Positions 49,901 to 61,820 of a stretch of DNA of 64,000 nt are shown here, piece after piece (the stretch's first letter is position 1; every line of letters starts with the position of its first letter). The notes below the pieces were generated by a model. It was not told the DNA's origin. It saw only the letters and a program-made list of their open reading frames with translations, and did not search any database. A program made the translations under genes and the position numbers. Source of the DNA: Lepidodermella squamata (Eukaryota > Animalia > Gastrotricha); contig JBLDXI010000019.1 in the NCBI GenBank assembly GCA_047495785.1, positions 1,922,001-1,986,000 of the forward strand, in the 5' to 3' direction.

Positions 49901-52900
49901 TATCTCTGTGAACAACGCCATTGTCGTGAAGACACTTCAAAGCAGAAGCTAGTTGTCTGGCCCAGGATTGCAGTTGGACCTCGCTGATTAATTCCAGATC
50001 TTTTCCGATTCGACTGTCCAAATCACCTCCCTCGCAGTGTTCCATTACCAGGTAGTACATCTGACAGCCCTGTTTGAAGCTATCCTCTCTACGGTATGGC
50101 TCTAAATTACAGCCTAATAATCATGTCTGGATAGCAACGAAAATCAGCCATACCCCGAAAGGCTCCAAATATCAATACTATGTTCGGGTGGCGCAGCTTT
50201 TCCAGCTTCGAGTGCTGGATTACGTTATGATCGAATTGGATTGCATTCCCCTTATTATTAGTAATTATTATCCTTATTATAAATACCTTACCTCGTCACA
50301 GGTCATTTTGACTAGCTTCTTAGCTTGGCTCTCATCCTTGCAACTTCGTTCCATGCCCGTAATGTTAACTTCTTTAACAACATAGTTCTCATAAGATGTC
50401 CCTTTTCGACACAAGTAGACCGAAGTGCCGAAGCCACCGTGCCCTAAGACTTTCCATGTATTGAACTCGATTGCAGATTTTATAGCAACTAGCGGCTCGG
50501 TCTGTTTCGGTCTATCGTCAGCCATTTCGCGGCGTAAAAACGTATGAGTCAGAGCTTGATCAATGGTCGGTCGGCTGCTACTCTTCTTCTCCAAAAGAGA
50601 CAAAATGAAGTCGCGGCATTCGGCGGAATAACCACGAGAATCGTCAAATGGCCAGGGTGCTTCGCTGGAAATGCCGTCAAAAAAGAATTTCAGAATTAAG
50701 ATTAAGGAAAATTGAGGATATTCAGCCGATTGCAAATTGATCTAGAAGCTTTTAAATACTTGCTTAAAAATGTTGTTCAAAATTGCACCCTTTGACTGAC
50801 CATTGAACTGAAATGAATACAGCAGGTAAGTTGGTTGAAAGGTGACGCTTTTGAAAGGCGCTTACAGGTTTCACAAAATTTGCCGTTTCATAGAGGGTGA
50901 CGCCAAACGACCACATGTCACAGGGTGGCTGATAATTATTGGTTTCAAAGTAGTCCGGGGCAGTGTATGCGACGTCATAGAAATACACTTCAGCTTCAGT
51001 ATGATCAACCCTGAACAGAAGGAAGCAACATTTTGAATATCATTAATATATAAGTACGGTATATACAGTGCAGAATCGTTATAAGAATGGGGTATATAAC
51101 GAACTTTTGTTGTAACCATAGATATAGTTCAGTATAGATCGCCCACTAGCGTGAAAAAGGGTGTACGCCATGGGCGCCAGATGGTCAGATGATTCATCAG
51201 AGGCTTGGAGGCCAAGTAAACAAAATATTCGATTCTTTTTTCTTGGATCCGATCAAAGTTTGAAAATTTCTTAAACATGATTCCAGATAGGTGACATCAC
51301 AACGAACACGCTTATTTTTTCATGATTTTCAACTCAATATGGACCACAAAAATCAAAGAGAAATGATTTTGCGATTGGAAATAAAATGAATTAACACCAC
51401 TTGCGGAATCGAAATTGAAGCAGTTTTTTAGTGGTCCGTGTAGCCCAGATCGAGCTCTACAATTCGATTCTTGGAGCGGACTTAGATGAATGTTTATCGA
51501 TTTTCTGCAATTTTTTGAAAATTGAGCATTGATTCATCCATTATGAAAATCTGGACTTGGAGGATTCAATTCAGAACCTTTGTTGACAGCACGTGCGCCG
51601 CATGCACATGTTGTGGTAGGACAGAGTCCAAACCTTAATTACAAAAGGGCAGCAAGTTATGTAAATTATGCTCTCGATTCCTTTAAAAAATTGCAGAAAA
51701 TCGATAAACATTCATCTTTATTGGAGTCCGCTCCAAGTATCGAATTGTAGAGCTCGATCTGGGCATAATTCATGATTCAAATAGCGACTTTTTTGTGCGC
51801 ATCTTGGCGTCGAGCGAAAAAAAGAAGTTGCCACCGAGCACAGAACCCAGGATGTTTGTTTAGCATGTTCTGAGCTAAACCACTATGCCACTAGCGAGCT
51901 TCGGTGGTTACAGGTATTTCTGTCATTATCTTCCAGTTTTGCTGCTGACTTGCGCCTAGCGCCATGAAAGTTCAATTTTCGATTATATTGCCCGCTGTAA
52001 ACATAGTTGAAAACTAGTCATTACATTGAATTTCAGATTCAAAACAATAGCCGATATTATCATAGCCAAAAATAAGCTAAATCGAATAGTTTAAAGCCCA
52101 AGGATTAATATTAATGTAATGAAACACAGGGAATCTCTAGACATCAAATTGCGAAATTGCGACATCAGGCCGTAATTTTGCGTGGCTAGTTACGTTGACC
52201 CCGTTGAATGAGCCTCCTACAGGTGAAACACCCTGTAAGTCTCATGCAAAATTCAATATTTTCAGCCAGGACCTAAATGTTTTATCTGATATAACTTAGG
52301 ATATTATGAAGAACATCGGCTATCGGCGTCGAAGACTATGGATGCAAATCCGTCTGTTTGTTATACCGCTTTACGCAAGGCTTCGGCAACTAGGAAAATT
52401 GTATTGTTTGATTAAACTTGGTACCCTATTCCATCGAAGAGATGAATATCAGTTTCAATTTGCGTTCATTCTTCAGTGGAAGTATATTTCCATAGAATAA
52501 CAGCATTCTGAATGTGGGGATAGTTCTTCCTACGGTAGAATAGTACTCTCCTCACCTTCAGACTGCTGTTATTCTATGGAAATAATATACTCAGCCCAAT
52601 TGAATGCTCATAAAATGTCCCTTCTATCCGTTATTTTCATCCATAACTTACTGATTCACGTGTGTGGCGATGCTAAAATCGCCGAGTTTGACTGTCAGTC
52701 CGTCTCGGCTCAAAAAAATGCGCCTTGGCTTGATATCTCGGTGAACAACGCCATTGTCGTGAAGACACTTCAAAGCAGAAGCTAGTTGTCTGGCCCAGGA
52801 TTGCAGTTGGACCTCGCTGATTTTTTCCAGATGTTTTTCGATTCGTCTGTCCAGACTTCCACCCTCGCAGTGTTCCATTACCAGGTAGTACATCTGACAG

Positions 52901-53279
52901 CCCTGTTTGAAGCTATCCTCTCCACAGTATGGCTCTAAATTACAGCCTAATAAACAGGTGTGAAAACCAACTGAAAGCATTTATACCTTGAAATGCCCCA
53001 AACATCCGGACAATGTTTGGATGGTGCAGTTTTTCCCACCTAGAGTGCTACACGTCGGGATAAGTTTTGAATTGCAATTCCTACAATTAGCAAATACCTT
53101 ACCCCACCGCATATCCATTTTTCAGCTTCAGGTTGATCGCGAAAATTCCGTCCGAATTTCGTAATGTTGACCTCCATGATAGCATAGTTTTCATAACTTG
53201 CCCTTCTTCGACACAAGTAGGTTGTGCCACCGCGTGCTATAGGTTTCCACGTATCGAACTCGCTAGCTGATCTGAACAT
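46946..53279 (-). CDS. Tandem NEK-like pseudokinase + kinase + ankyrin-repeat protein, ~742 aa, 12 exons (53279-53103, 53047-52987, 52934-52652, 51010-50866, 50807-50764, 50664-50292, 50214-50154, 50101-49819, 49569-49425, 49363-49320, 47723-47525, 47359-46946)
   Basis: Exon sizes 61/283/145/44 occur twice; exon 50664-50292 runs from the end of domain 1 into domain 2 with no stop; HRDIKPKNIFL and VKLGDFGIAK are NEK-like; ankyrin repeats GTALHAAA, DTPLMTAA, GQTALDLA; 2229 nt in frame using one GC donor at 50763. Confidence 0.85.
47850..49305. mobile_element. Two adjacent inverted-repeat elements filling a kinase intron (CCGTA/TACGG type ~47850-48592; CGACAA/TTGTCG type ~48610-49305)
   Basis: Short motifs repeated in one orientation at the left end and reversed at the right end of each; boundaries approximate. 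Confidence 0.45.
51443..51764. mobile_element. MITE with ~90 bp inverted arms in a kinase intron
   Basis: GCCCAGATCGAGCTCTACAATTCGA...TCGAATTGTAGAGCTCGATCTGGGC. Confidence 0.75.
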
Positions 53280-53569
53280 TTAATACAACTTTGCGTAATT
53301 GCCTGATAATTTGTATTTGCATAGACTGACAAGGTTGAAATTGGCTTCGTATTATGATAAGCTTCTTTATTGTGGGTATAGTTAACAGCAAATTGCCGAG
53401 AAAGTTGCATTGAGTAAGAGAGATATCACGAAGTGTTAAAGACTGCAGAATGAATGGGTTATTTTTATTTCATCCGACACAACATTGGTGTCCGTATGAT
53501 AACGTCTAGATAGCTGGCGGGGCGAACTAACTATTTACTAAATTTTTCTCAAAAATACAATTTCACGAA

Positions 53570-53885
53570 GGGTCCCCTGTTAGCGGAACCAAATTTAAGG
53601 TGAACGGAACCAAATTTGCTGTATCGGAACCAAATTGTAGACTTTTCTAGTGGCCTGAAATCGCTTTATTGCAGATTGCAGGTCAAGATTGGCCACAAAA
53701 AATTCACCAGAGAGTTCAGACGGAGTGTTCAATTCAGAATTCATGCTTAGCTTAAAATTCGTAGAAATAGTCAAAAAATGACTCTCAGCATATTTCGAAT
53801 TTGGTTTCGCAAAAAGCAAATTTGGTTCCGCTACAGCATATTTGGTTCCGCCACAGCAAATTAGGTTCCGCTAAAAGATATTCCG
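53570..53885. mobile_element. 316 bp Mutator-like MITE
   Basis: Perfect 9 bp duplication TTTCACGAA at 53561-53569 and 53886-53894; GGAACCAAATT repeats at left and inverted copies at right. Confidence 0.82.
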
Positions 53886-54986
53886 TTTCACGAATGAGAT
53901 GAGTGTGTTGACAGCGAGGCCAAAATCCGGAACTGAAAGTTGCGCCTCTCGTAACGTGTCTGGGTCAAGTCAAATTTTTTCCGCGAAGAAATCAGGCGTA
54001 ATATTACATTGAGGTTCCTTCATATAGCAGGCGTTTCCTCTTCGTCCATTACATGTTTGTGGGCGCGTGATAATCCGACAACGCTTCAACCCAGCGCAGA
54101 ATCGCTTCGAGAGCTTTTCTTGGCTTTTTAAGCCAGATAGTTTCAGTCGGTCTCAACTACTTTTTCGCGAAGATTTTATCTAGGGGGAAAGTAAACGGCT
54201 TTAGGCCGCAATAAGGCAATCCTTGCACCCGATTGTCTTGTCAAACATGCCCGTGACAGCGATGGAATTAGAATACCTTACTTATTTTGGGTATCGATGT
54301 TCGATTTCCGCCTATGAACAAATCAATTTTATATTGTTAGAATTCATTTTCAGTGTTTTTAATTGCGGTATTTTGACAAAAACCAAATTCCAAGATCAAA
54401 CTGAGAAGCAATCACCACAGAAAATTTGCGAAATTATAGGCAGATATGTGTCGTAGAAAGAAGAGCAAATTGCGTTTTTGCACAAAACACTGAATTTTAT
54501 AGAGCAATGCCTTAAAACCTATATTTGTATTCCCATATCTGAAAATCGAGCGTAATGCGCAATCACGCTAGATCGATGACAGGAAAATTTATCAGAGCTA
54601 CCTACCAGAGCTATCAGAGCTATATTAGAAGCGAATTCATCTTCGATCGTTCAAATCCCTCAACATTTGCAATCGGAATTTTTGAACATTGAACATTTTT
54701 GAACCGCAAAATATTATTTTTCGAGTTTGGCGTCTTCACTGATTCATAGTAAATTCGTAATCGCAAATTCGCACAGTGGTTGATTCATAACGTGATATTA
54801 TCGTACAGAGTAAGTTCGTATCAATACATTTTCATATTAAAAGTGGTGATCTTTTCGTAACCGGACCTAAATGAAAACACAAAATAGTGATCGTTTCGAA
54901 GCAAACGCGTGATATGATTTAATATTCTCGCCCTTGAAACCGTGGTTTCGCTGATTCGGCACCCATTCATCGTGATTTTGCGTAAG

Positions 54987-56006
54987 ATGCGTTGTACAAT
55001 TTGCAATCAAGTTTTTAAAAATGAGCGTGGCCTTAAGATACATGTTGGGCGTGTACACTCGGATAAGGCTAGGGTAGATGTAGCTGAAAATCATGCTGAT
55101 AACACGGCTTCATCCTCAGCGGCGAGCCTAACTCTTAATAATACAACTATCTCTGGCCTGCTCCCGAGAGAAGCATCAACTCCGAGACTTACCGACTTGG
55201 CTCTTCCTCAGCCGCCGTTGTCGACCAGCGTAGTAGTACCCACGCAGCTCCCTGTTTTACCGACTGCTCCTCCGCTACCGGCCGGGCATGAGGCTCCGTT
55301 TTACTATTGGCAGCAGCAGCAACAGCAACAGTGGCAACAGTTTCAGCAATGGCAACAACAGTTTTACCAAAATATTCAACAGCAACCATTTCCGTTGGCT
55401 CAACCACCTCCGTTTATTGGTCCAATTCCTCAAGTTCAAGTACAGTCCACTCATGTGCCCGGAGCTCAACAACCTGGCTCAGAAGTCTCAACCCAACCTG
55501 CCTTGGTTCAAATTCCAAGACCCAAACAGCCAAATGCCCTGCTGATTCCCGATCGTTTCTACACCACTACCAGGAACAACAAGGCTCTTGGTTGTAAGGG
55601 TAAGATTGCGAATTTCGTTTAAAATTCCGAGATACAGTATTCCACCTTAAAGGTTTTGCCTACTACTGGATTGAATCTCGCGGAAACTTTCGGTGCAAAG
55701 ACTGTTTCATCAGCCCGATTCTGAACGCTAACGGAACTGAGGTAGTTGGGCTGGTTGGTAACCATGACCATGCTCCTGATTTCTTCGAAATCGAGTCCGA
55801 CATCGCTGCTGCTAGGATGAGAGCACGAGTAAGGTCGGAGAATACTGGTTGGGAATTCCCGAAATCTATCGATCCGAGCTGAAAACCGATATTGATTTCG
55901 GCGAAAAAGTCGGCTTAGACCGCGAGGCATTGGCTGCAAAGATCCCCAACTTCGAGGACATGAAACGGTCACTGTATCGGATCCGTGGCAAACAGGAGCC
56001 TCGGTG
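54987..56006 (+). pseudogene. C2H2 zinc finger + Gln/Pro-rich + FLYWCH-type zinc finger, MULE-transposase N-terminus-like, frameshift near 55850; intron 55600-55652
   Basis: CTICNQVFKNERGLKIHVGRVH; after splicing, GFAYYW...FRCKDC...NHDH; a shifted frame gives IPNFEDMKRSLYRIR, typical of the helix after FLYWCH in MULE transposases; no DDE domain seen. Confidence 0.6.
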
Positions 56007-57210
56007 ACCTCGTCCCTACAAGGTTACTATTCACCTCTTCACTATAGCTTCACTCAATTTATTTGTTAATATATTTCCACCCTATAGATCTCTCAATTGC
56101 GCGTATTTTCCGCCATGGGCGATCAGTTTAAGAACTATACTTCAGCCTGCAGAGTCGAGGATCGATTTTACAAATCATTCTTTATTTTTCCGATAATCCC
56201 CGTCTTGAAACCTGACATCGATAATTTGTCCACGTAGCTTAGGACTCATGCGGCTAAATTGAAAAAATGCCAGGTTCAGGGAGGGCATCAGCACCGATAA
56301 ATTAAACAGAATGAATTCCGCCATCTGCTAAAAAAACTGGACCCAAAAATGACCGTTAAAAAGTGAAAAATGGGGTTTGGCGAAATTTCGGACATCGAGA
56401 AATTTTAATGGCATTTTCAAGATCAACTAACGAGGAGTCGAACGATATCAAAAATTGGTCGATAGTCATCGGGGTTGCAGAGGAAATGGGCTTCAGTTTG
56501 CGAGCGAAAAATCCTAATTTAAAACATCAGCCCATGCAATAAATACTGATGTTATTTTCGTATGTACAGTTGACATTTTACGGGAAATCTGGTGAGGAAT
56601 CTCGTTAGATATTCAAAAACTTTGTTGGGGTCAAGCTATAGTGCGTCTCACCTTCAAAACCGCATTGTGACGCCGAAATTGCGTCTCAAGAAAAATCTGA
56701 ATATCAGAGCTTGTCGTTCCTGCAGCAAAACCGGCTCATTTTTCTCCCACTGTCCTCATTTACCAAACGATCCTCGAATACGAAAATTCAGCCTGTAAGA
56801 CCTATTCCTTCAGGCTGCTCTATTGTTAGATTTTATCTGGCGACACAATTTCGGCGTCACTATGCGCCACAGCATGGCCGCCACAGCAACCCCGATGACT
56901 ATCAAAAATGAGAACCTGAATCAATAACACTTTAAGGGCAACTCTGGGGTTTTCTGTGTTTCAAGGAGGATGAGAGCATCCTAGAGTTCTGAAATTCGAA
57001 ATTTCCTCAAGAAAAACTGAGTAAGAACATCTTGGAATCTAAAAGTCGTCCGTCTTCAAATATAAAGTTTCTTGTTACTTTTCACTTGCTGTTAGCGGTC
57101 AATTTAATTTCACCGAGACCGTCGAACAAAAATTCCTCAGTCCATCTTAAATTTATTCATATTTCACATCGTCAGCATGCATCAAATTATTACAAATACA
57201 AAGTGTTCAT

Positions 57211-60199
57211 TCATCTTCGGAGCAAGTCATAAATAGGTCCAGACGATGTTTCAGGCAACGGCCTGCCGCTGTAGTCATCAAACGTGCATAGCTCCTTCGC
57301 CCCTGGCACCATCCTTCTAGTCGGCGCCAGCGAAAAGTGGGAGGCTGATTCGCCGTAGCCGCTGCGGCTTATCACCAATCGGTCCATAGCTGTCAATAAA
57401 TGCCAGTCGAGGTAGGTCTTCGCCTCGTCGAACCACGCTGCCTCGTCGAAAACAGCCTTCGAAGCCATTTTATCAAGGTGTCTAATCGTCAAGTTGTGCC
57501 TGCTGTCCGTGGTGAAGATTTTTATCGTGGCCGCCGTAAAATTGCTCATAATTTTGTTAAAATCGGCGAAAGCTGCGCCCCAGTCTGTTGTCATAAAGAT
57601 AGTGGCATCGCGGCCAGCAATTTCCGGCGAATTTAGGAACTTTTTGACCTCGTCCGCAAAGCAATGCATAATGTCGATCTTGTAGTTATTCGCGTTATCC
57701 AAATCTGAAATTATAGATAGTATTAGGAAATTCGCTCTGTAGAAGGAAAAACGCAACGGGGGGATCGGGTTTTTTTTCTTGTGAAATGTCCTCAATTAGG
57801 GCCCTAATTCACAAATTTTCAAAATTCACCTAAATACTAGCTAAAAAAACCGAAAAAATAGAATGCCCTAATTAATCTACCGAATGCATGAAATCAAATG
57901 AAGTTGACCTTTTTGTATGAATCATAGCTGGCAAAGAATAATTAGGTCATGGCTAATGAGGAGCAATTTGAAACTGGCGCCTGTGGTTTCGCAACATGAA
58001 CTTCGCTTTTTCCAATAGGTTTGACCTTTTAGCAAAGTTCAGACAAAAAACTAGAGCAATTTTGGGACTACTACACAATGCAAGGGATTAAAAATGTGCG
58101 CACGCAAAAAAACGTCAAAACATTTGTCAACAAGGAAAGGGCTCACAATGCATAAAAAAACAACGCGCGCACTAATTAATTTGTGTCATGTTGCTGCTCA
58201 TGCAACAAATAGAGCACGCCACGCCGTGTGCACTATTTATCGAAATGAGTGCACGCAAAAAACTCAATCATAGTTTTTGAGTTTTGGACATTTTTATGTA
58301 TCATGTTTGAAAATCATGGCTGGTACTCGCCCCGCGAATTTTGCCGCTGCCACTACGGAGGCTGTCGATGCTGAAACGCCCGGAATCAGCGCCGCCGCGA
58401 GGTCACACGAGAACGGCGTCTGCCAGAGGCGACTCCCCATCGCCGCTAATCGGGGTCGCGCCGGCATCGCCCCGCCAATTTACCTGCGCCAGCGCCGCCA
58501 GATCAAGACGCGATAACGGAACTGCAAATCGAAGATGAGCGCCACGCAATTTCGGCAAGTTCTCCCTGTTCAACTGTTCAAGCCTGAGCAGTCGGTTGCG
58601 TCACTCGGTTCATCAACACCTGTTTTCGAGCCTGTTTCTCAACTCCTTGCCCTGGACGAAGTTGAAGCCAAAATCACCGGCTTTCGCGCAGGGCAAAAAG
58701 TCGAAGAAACCTTGATGCAGAAGTGCGCGGTCATCAAGGCCGAGCTGGCCGATTTCGTCGCAAATTTTGCCAGCTTTAACATCTCATTTACTACTTGCAC
58801 AATAACTCATTTTTAGCCATTATTTTCAGCGCTGATAATATTGAATAAAATAATTTTCAATAAAATACCAAGGAGATGGCTCTACAGAGGAACGCAGTTC
58901 AGAATAAAAAAATTCAGTTCTTGAAAATAAATTTCCATGCGTGCGCGAAATTAAATTGCAATTTTGATACGTTTCGAGGCCTTTCCAGAAAAAATTATTT
59001 TAAACGTTTTAAGGCTTTGTTTTCAAGGCCTTGCGTTTCGATTGTTGCATTGTGTAGTAGTCCCGCAATTTTAATTCTTCGTCGGCTTTATAGGCGTGAC
59101 AAATAAGTAAACGAATTTCCTTAAATTGGCATGCGAGATAAGCTAAATTTGAGCTTCGAAAACTCAAATTTGGAAAATTTGGAAAAGCAGCAAGCTTACC
59201 AAAGCTTCGATACTGAACGCCGATTTTCACCGACCGGCGCCAAAATTCCAGGCCGACAGAGTCTGAAATGACTCGATCCCGCAACTTGCTCAATTTATCG
59301 CCCGGCTTGTCCAAAATAACGCGTAGAGCCACCGAAATTGCGATGTTAAGGTCGTCGCTATTCTCCGTCAATCCCGGCGCAAATTTGTCGAAATTGCCTC
59401 GAAATTCCTGTTTCCGCAATAAAGCATCCAAGCCGTTGTGCCTGTTGGACATCATCTTGAAATATCGGTACTGCTCATACTTCCCAGTAAAATTTTCTTT
59501 CGTCATAAATTCGTAGTAAGGCCCAAACGGGCCATCATTGTTCATGCCGCTGCTGAACGAAAACCATTTCGTATTCCCGTGGTCGTAATGCTGGCCAAAG
59601 GAGTCGCGAAACACCTCACTTCCGACGTTGTAGTACTTTTCGTTGACATCAAAATAATCGGCAACATCGCCCGGTCGGTGCCATTCGAAGGTGAAAGCGC
59701 GATCGGTGGCTAATGCCAGGTAAAACGCGATGACAGTTCCGCGCAATCTATCGCCGAATCCGGCACAGCTATAAGGCACCGAAAAACGGCAACCATAGGT
59801 CGAGCTGGTGAACGGTGGGTACATGAAGTCGAAGCATGTTATATTGCTTGGAATAACGGATCGCTTGCAGAATGATGATGAAAATTGTATTTCTTTCCGG
59901 GTTTCGGGCGACTGAAATTTGTCAGAGAACCGTTTGATATAGTTTCGTCTTATCGACTCAGCGATAGCGATGGCCTTGGCTTGTTTCGGTGAAACAGCGA
60001 CGGCATTTGGAGATGATCCATCGTCGAAATCAGAAGTTGTCGTATCGTCGATCGATGAGCTGTTGCCCAGAATGCTAAACCGATATCGAAATCGCTGCAA
60101 ATCAGGGGGATATAGCACTAGAACCGGCAGGATTACTAAAGACACTAGCCCTATCGTTATGTTCACGAAGTACTTCCTTTGCAGAGTTGTATTTAACAT
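57211..60199 (-). CDS. Fucosyltransferase-clan protein, copy 3, ~497 aa; exons 60199-59200, 57704-57211
   Basis: TM anchor; CAGFGDRLRG, KIGVQYR, FMTTD, DWHLLTAMDRLVISRSGYGESA; same intron site as copy 2. Confidence 0.85.
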
Positions 60200-60988
60200 T
60201 TTAAAATTCAGAAGATTTTTTTGAAAAAATGGTTTCAACACATCAACGCGCTGATATGCGTTGATAATCAATCAGCACGCGATCGGTCGAGAAAAGTAAC
60301 ATAAATGAATAAATGAATGGAAACACGCGAGTTAAACAGTGACAAGTATAAAATGAATTTCGCATATCAATTCTATCATCTTGCTGTGGCGTGGGGAACT
60401 TGCCAGTTAAAGACGCCTTCTGGTCGATTTTTCGACGACATTTTTAATACGAACATTTCATGCCACCTGAGCGCCAATTCTTTTTTACCGAAGTCGAAAA
60501 AACGTTTTTAAATGGCAAGAAAGGTCAGAACCAACTCATTCATTTTGTGCTATGAGATTTTAGGCATTAATATCAAGGAATTCTGGGATCGGAGGAAATC
60601 TCGGCACTCACAGAAAGATTCCTCTCAGTGATATTTTTCAAATGACACCTGGAACTCGGTAAGCTAATGTCGCAATCACGAATTTTGTGGGGTAACTTTG
60701 CCGATTTTTAAACGGAAAGAAATGTGACCAAGGCCTGAGATGGAGTGATGAATCATCATCGGCATAGTTTGTGTTAGATCGTTTATCGCCAAGCGAAAAA
60801 GCCATGCGACAAAGTTACCCTACTTGGTCAAGGTCACTTCAACCTCCCCAGAACCGATTGATTTTATCTGAAAGCGACCGGGCCAATCGATCGAGAACTG
60901 AACGGGGATTTTTTGGTATAAAATTCAAAGCAAACAAGTTAGCTGAGACATAGGAGGAGCATAATATTCCGGACCAAATTACCTCACA

Positions 60989-61070
60989 TCACGGTTTCTC
61001 AAACTGGGGGTTGCGAGCCCATTTTTCCCGTGGGTCGCCGAGTCAGCTAGGGGTCGTGGGGGTCGCCTGA
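60989..61070 (+). mobile_element. hAT-like terminal fragment
   Basis: CACGGTTTCTCAAACTGGGGGTTGCGA followed by GGGGTCGC repeats, resembling hAT/Charlie ends; no matching other end found. Confidence 0.4.
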
Positions 61071-61820
61071 TGATTTTCAAATTATATATAATTATAACTT
61101 GAAAATTTCCAAGATTTAGTTCATTTTTTAGTCACTCTTCCAAGAAAAACCTTCAAAAATAGCGTCAAAAATAGCGCATCCCATTTTATTCAATTGAAAA
61201 CCTGCTTAAAATGCGGTCGATAGCCGCGTTCGGAAAGGTTGAGGAAATTATGGGAAAGAGGATGTAAATTGGGTGTTGTTTTATAACTTGAACGCAGAAT
61301 CGTTTTGTATTTTGAGCATCCTTTTCACGCTGAAAATAAGCAAATAAGCTTCGGAAAGCAGTTGCGGGCGTTTGACGTTTTCACACTATGACATCTCAAT
61401 TTATTTGTTATCATGCCTACCCTAAAGATCACCCCATACCCCATTACAAGTATTTTGTGCTATGGGCGATCGGTTTACGAGCTATCCTTCAGCCTGTAGT
61501 GTCGATTTCGATTCCAAGAATCGATTTAACAAATCAGTGATTTTTCCGATAACAACCACCTTGGAACCCAACATCGAGTTTTATTCCAATTAGCTTATGG
61601 CCCCCTGTCACTAAAATAAAACAACAATCAAAGTTTAGGGTACAGAAAGGGCATCAGTTTCGATCAAATTTCGAGATTGGATCCCACGATGCCCACTAAA
61701 AACCAAAAATTAATCCCCACATAGAACAATCAACAACAATTCGGCACAGTCCCTCCTAAATTTATTCATATTACATAAACGTCAGCAGGCGTTAAATTAT
61801 TTGCTACTTATACGAAGTGT

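Noticed and set aside
53930-54285. Coding-like minus-strand fragment containing CKDC
   Set aside because: Multiple stops and no recognisable domain.
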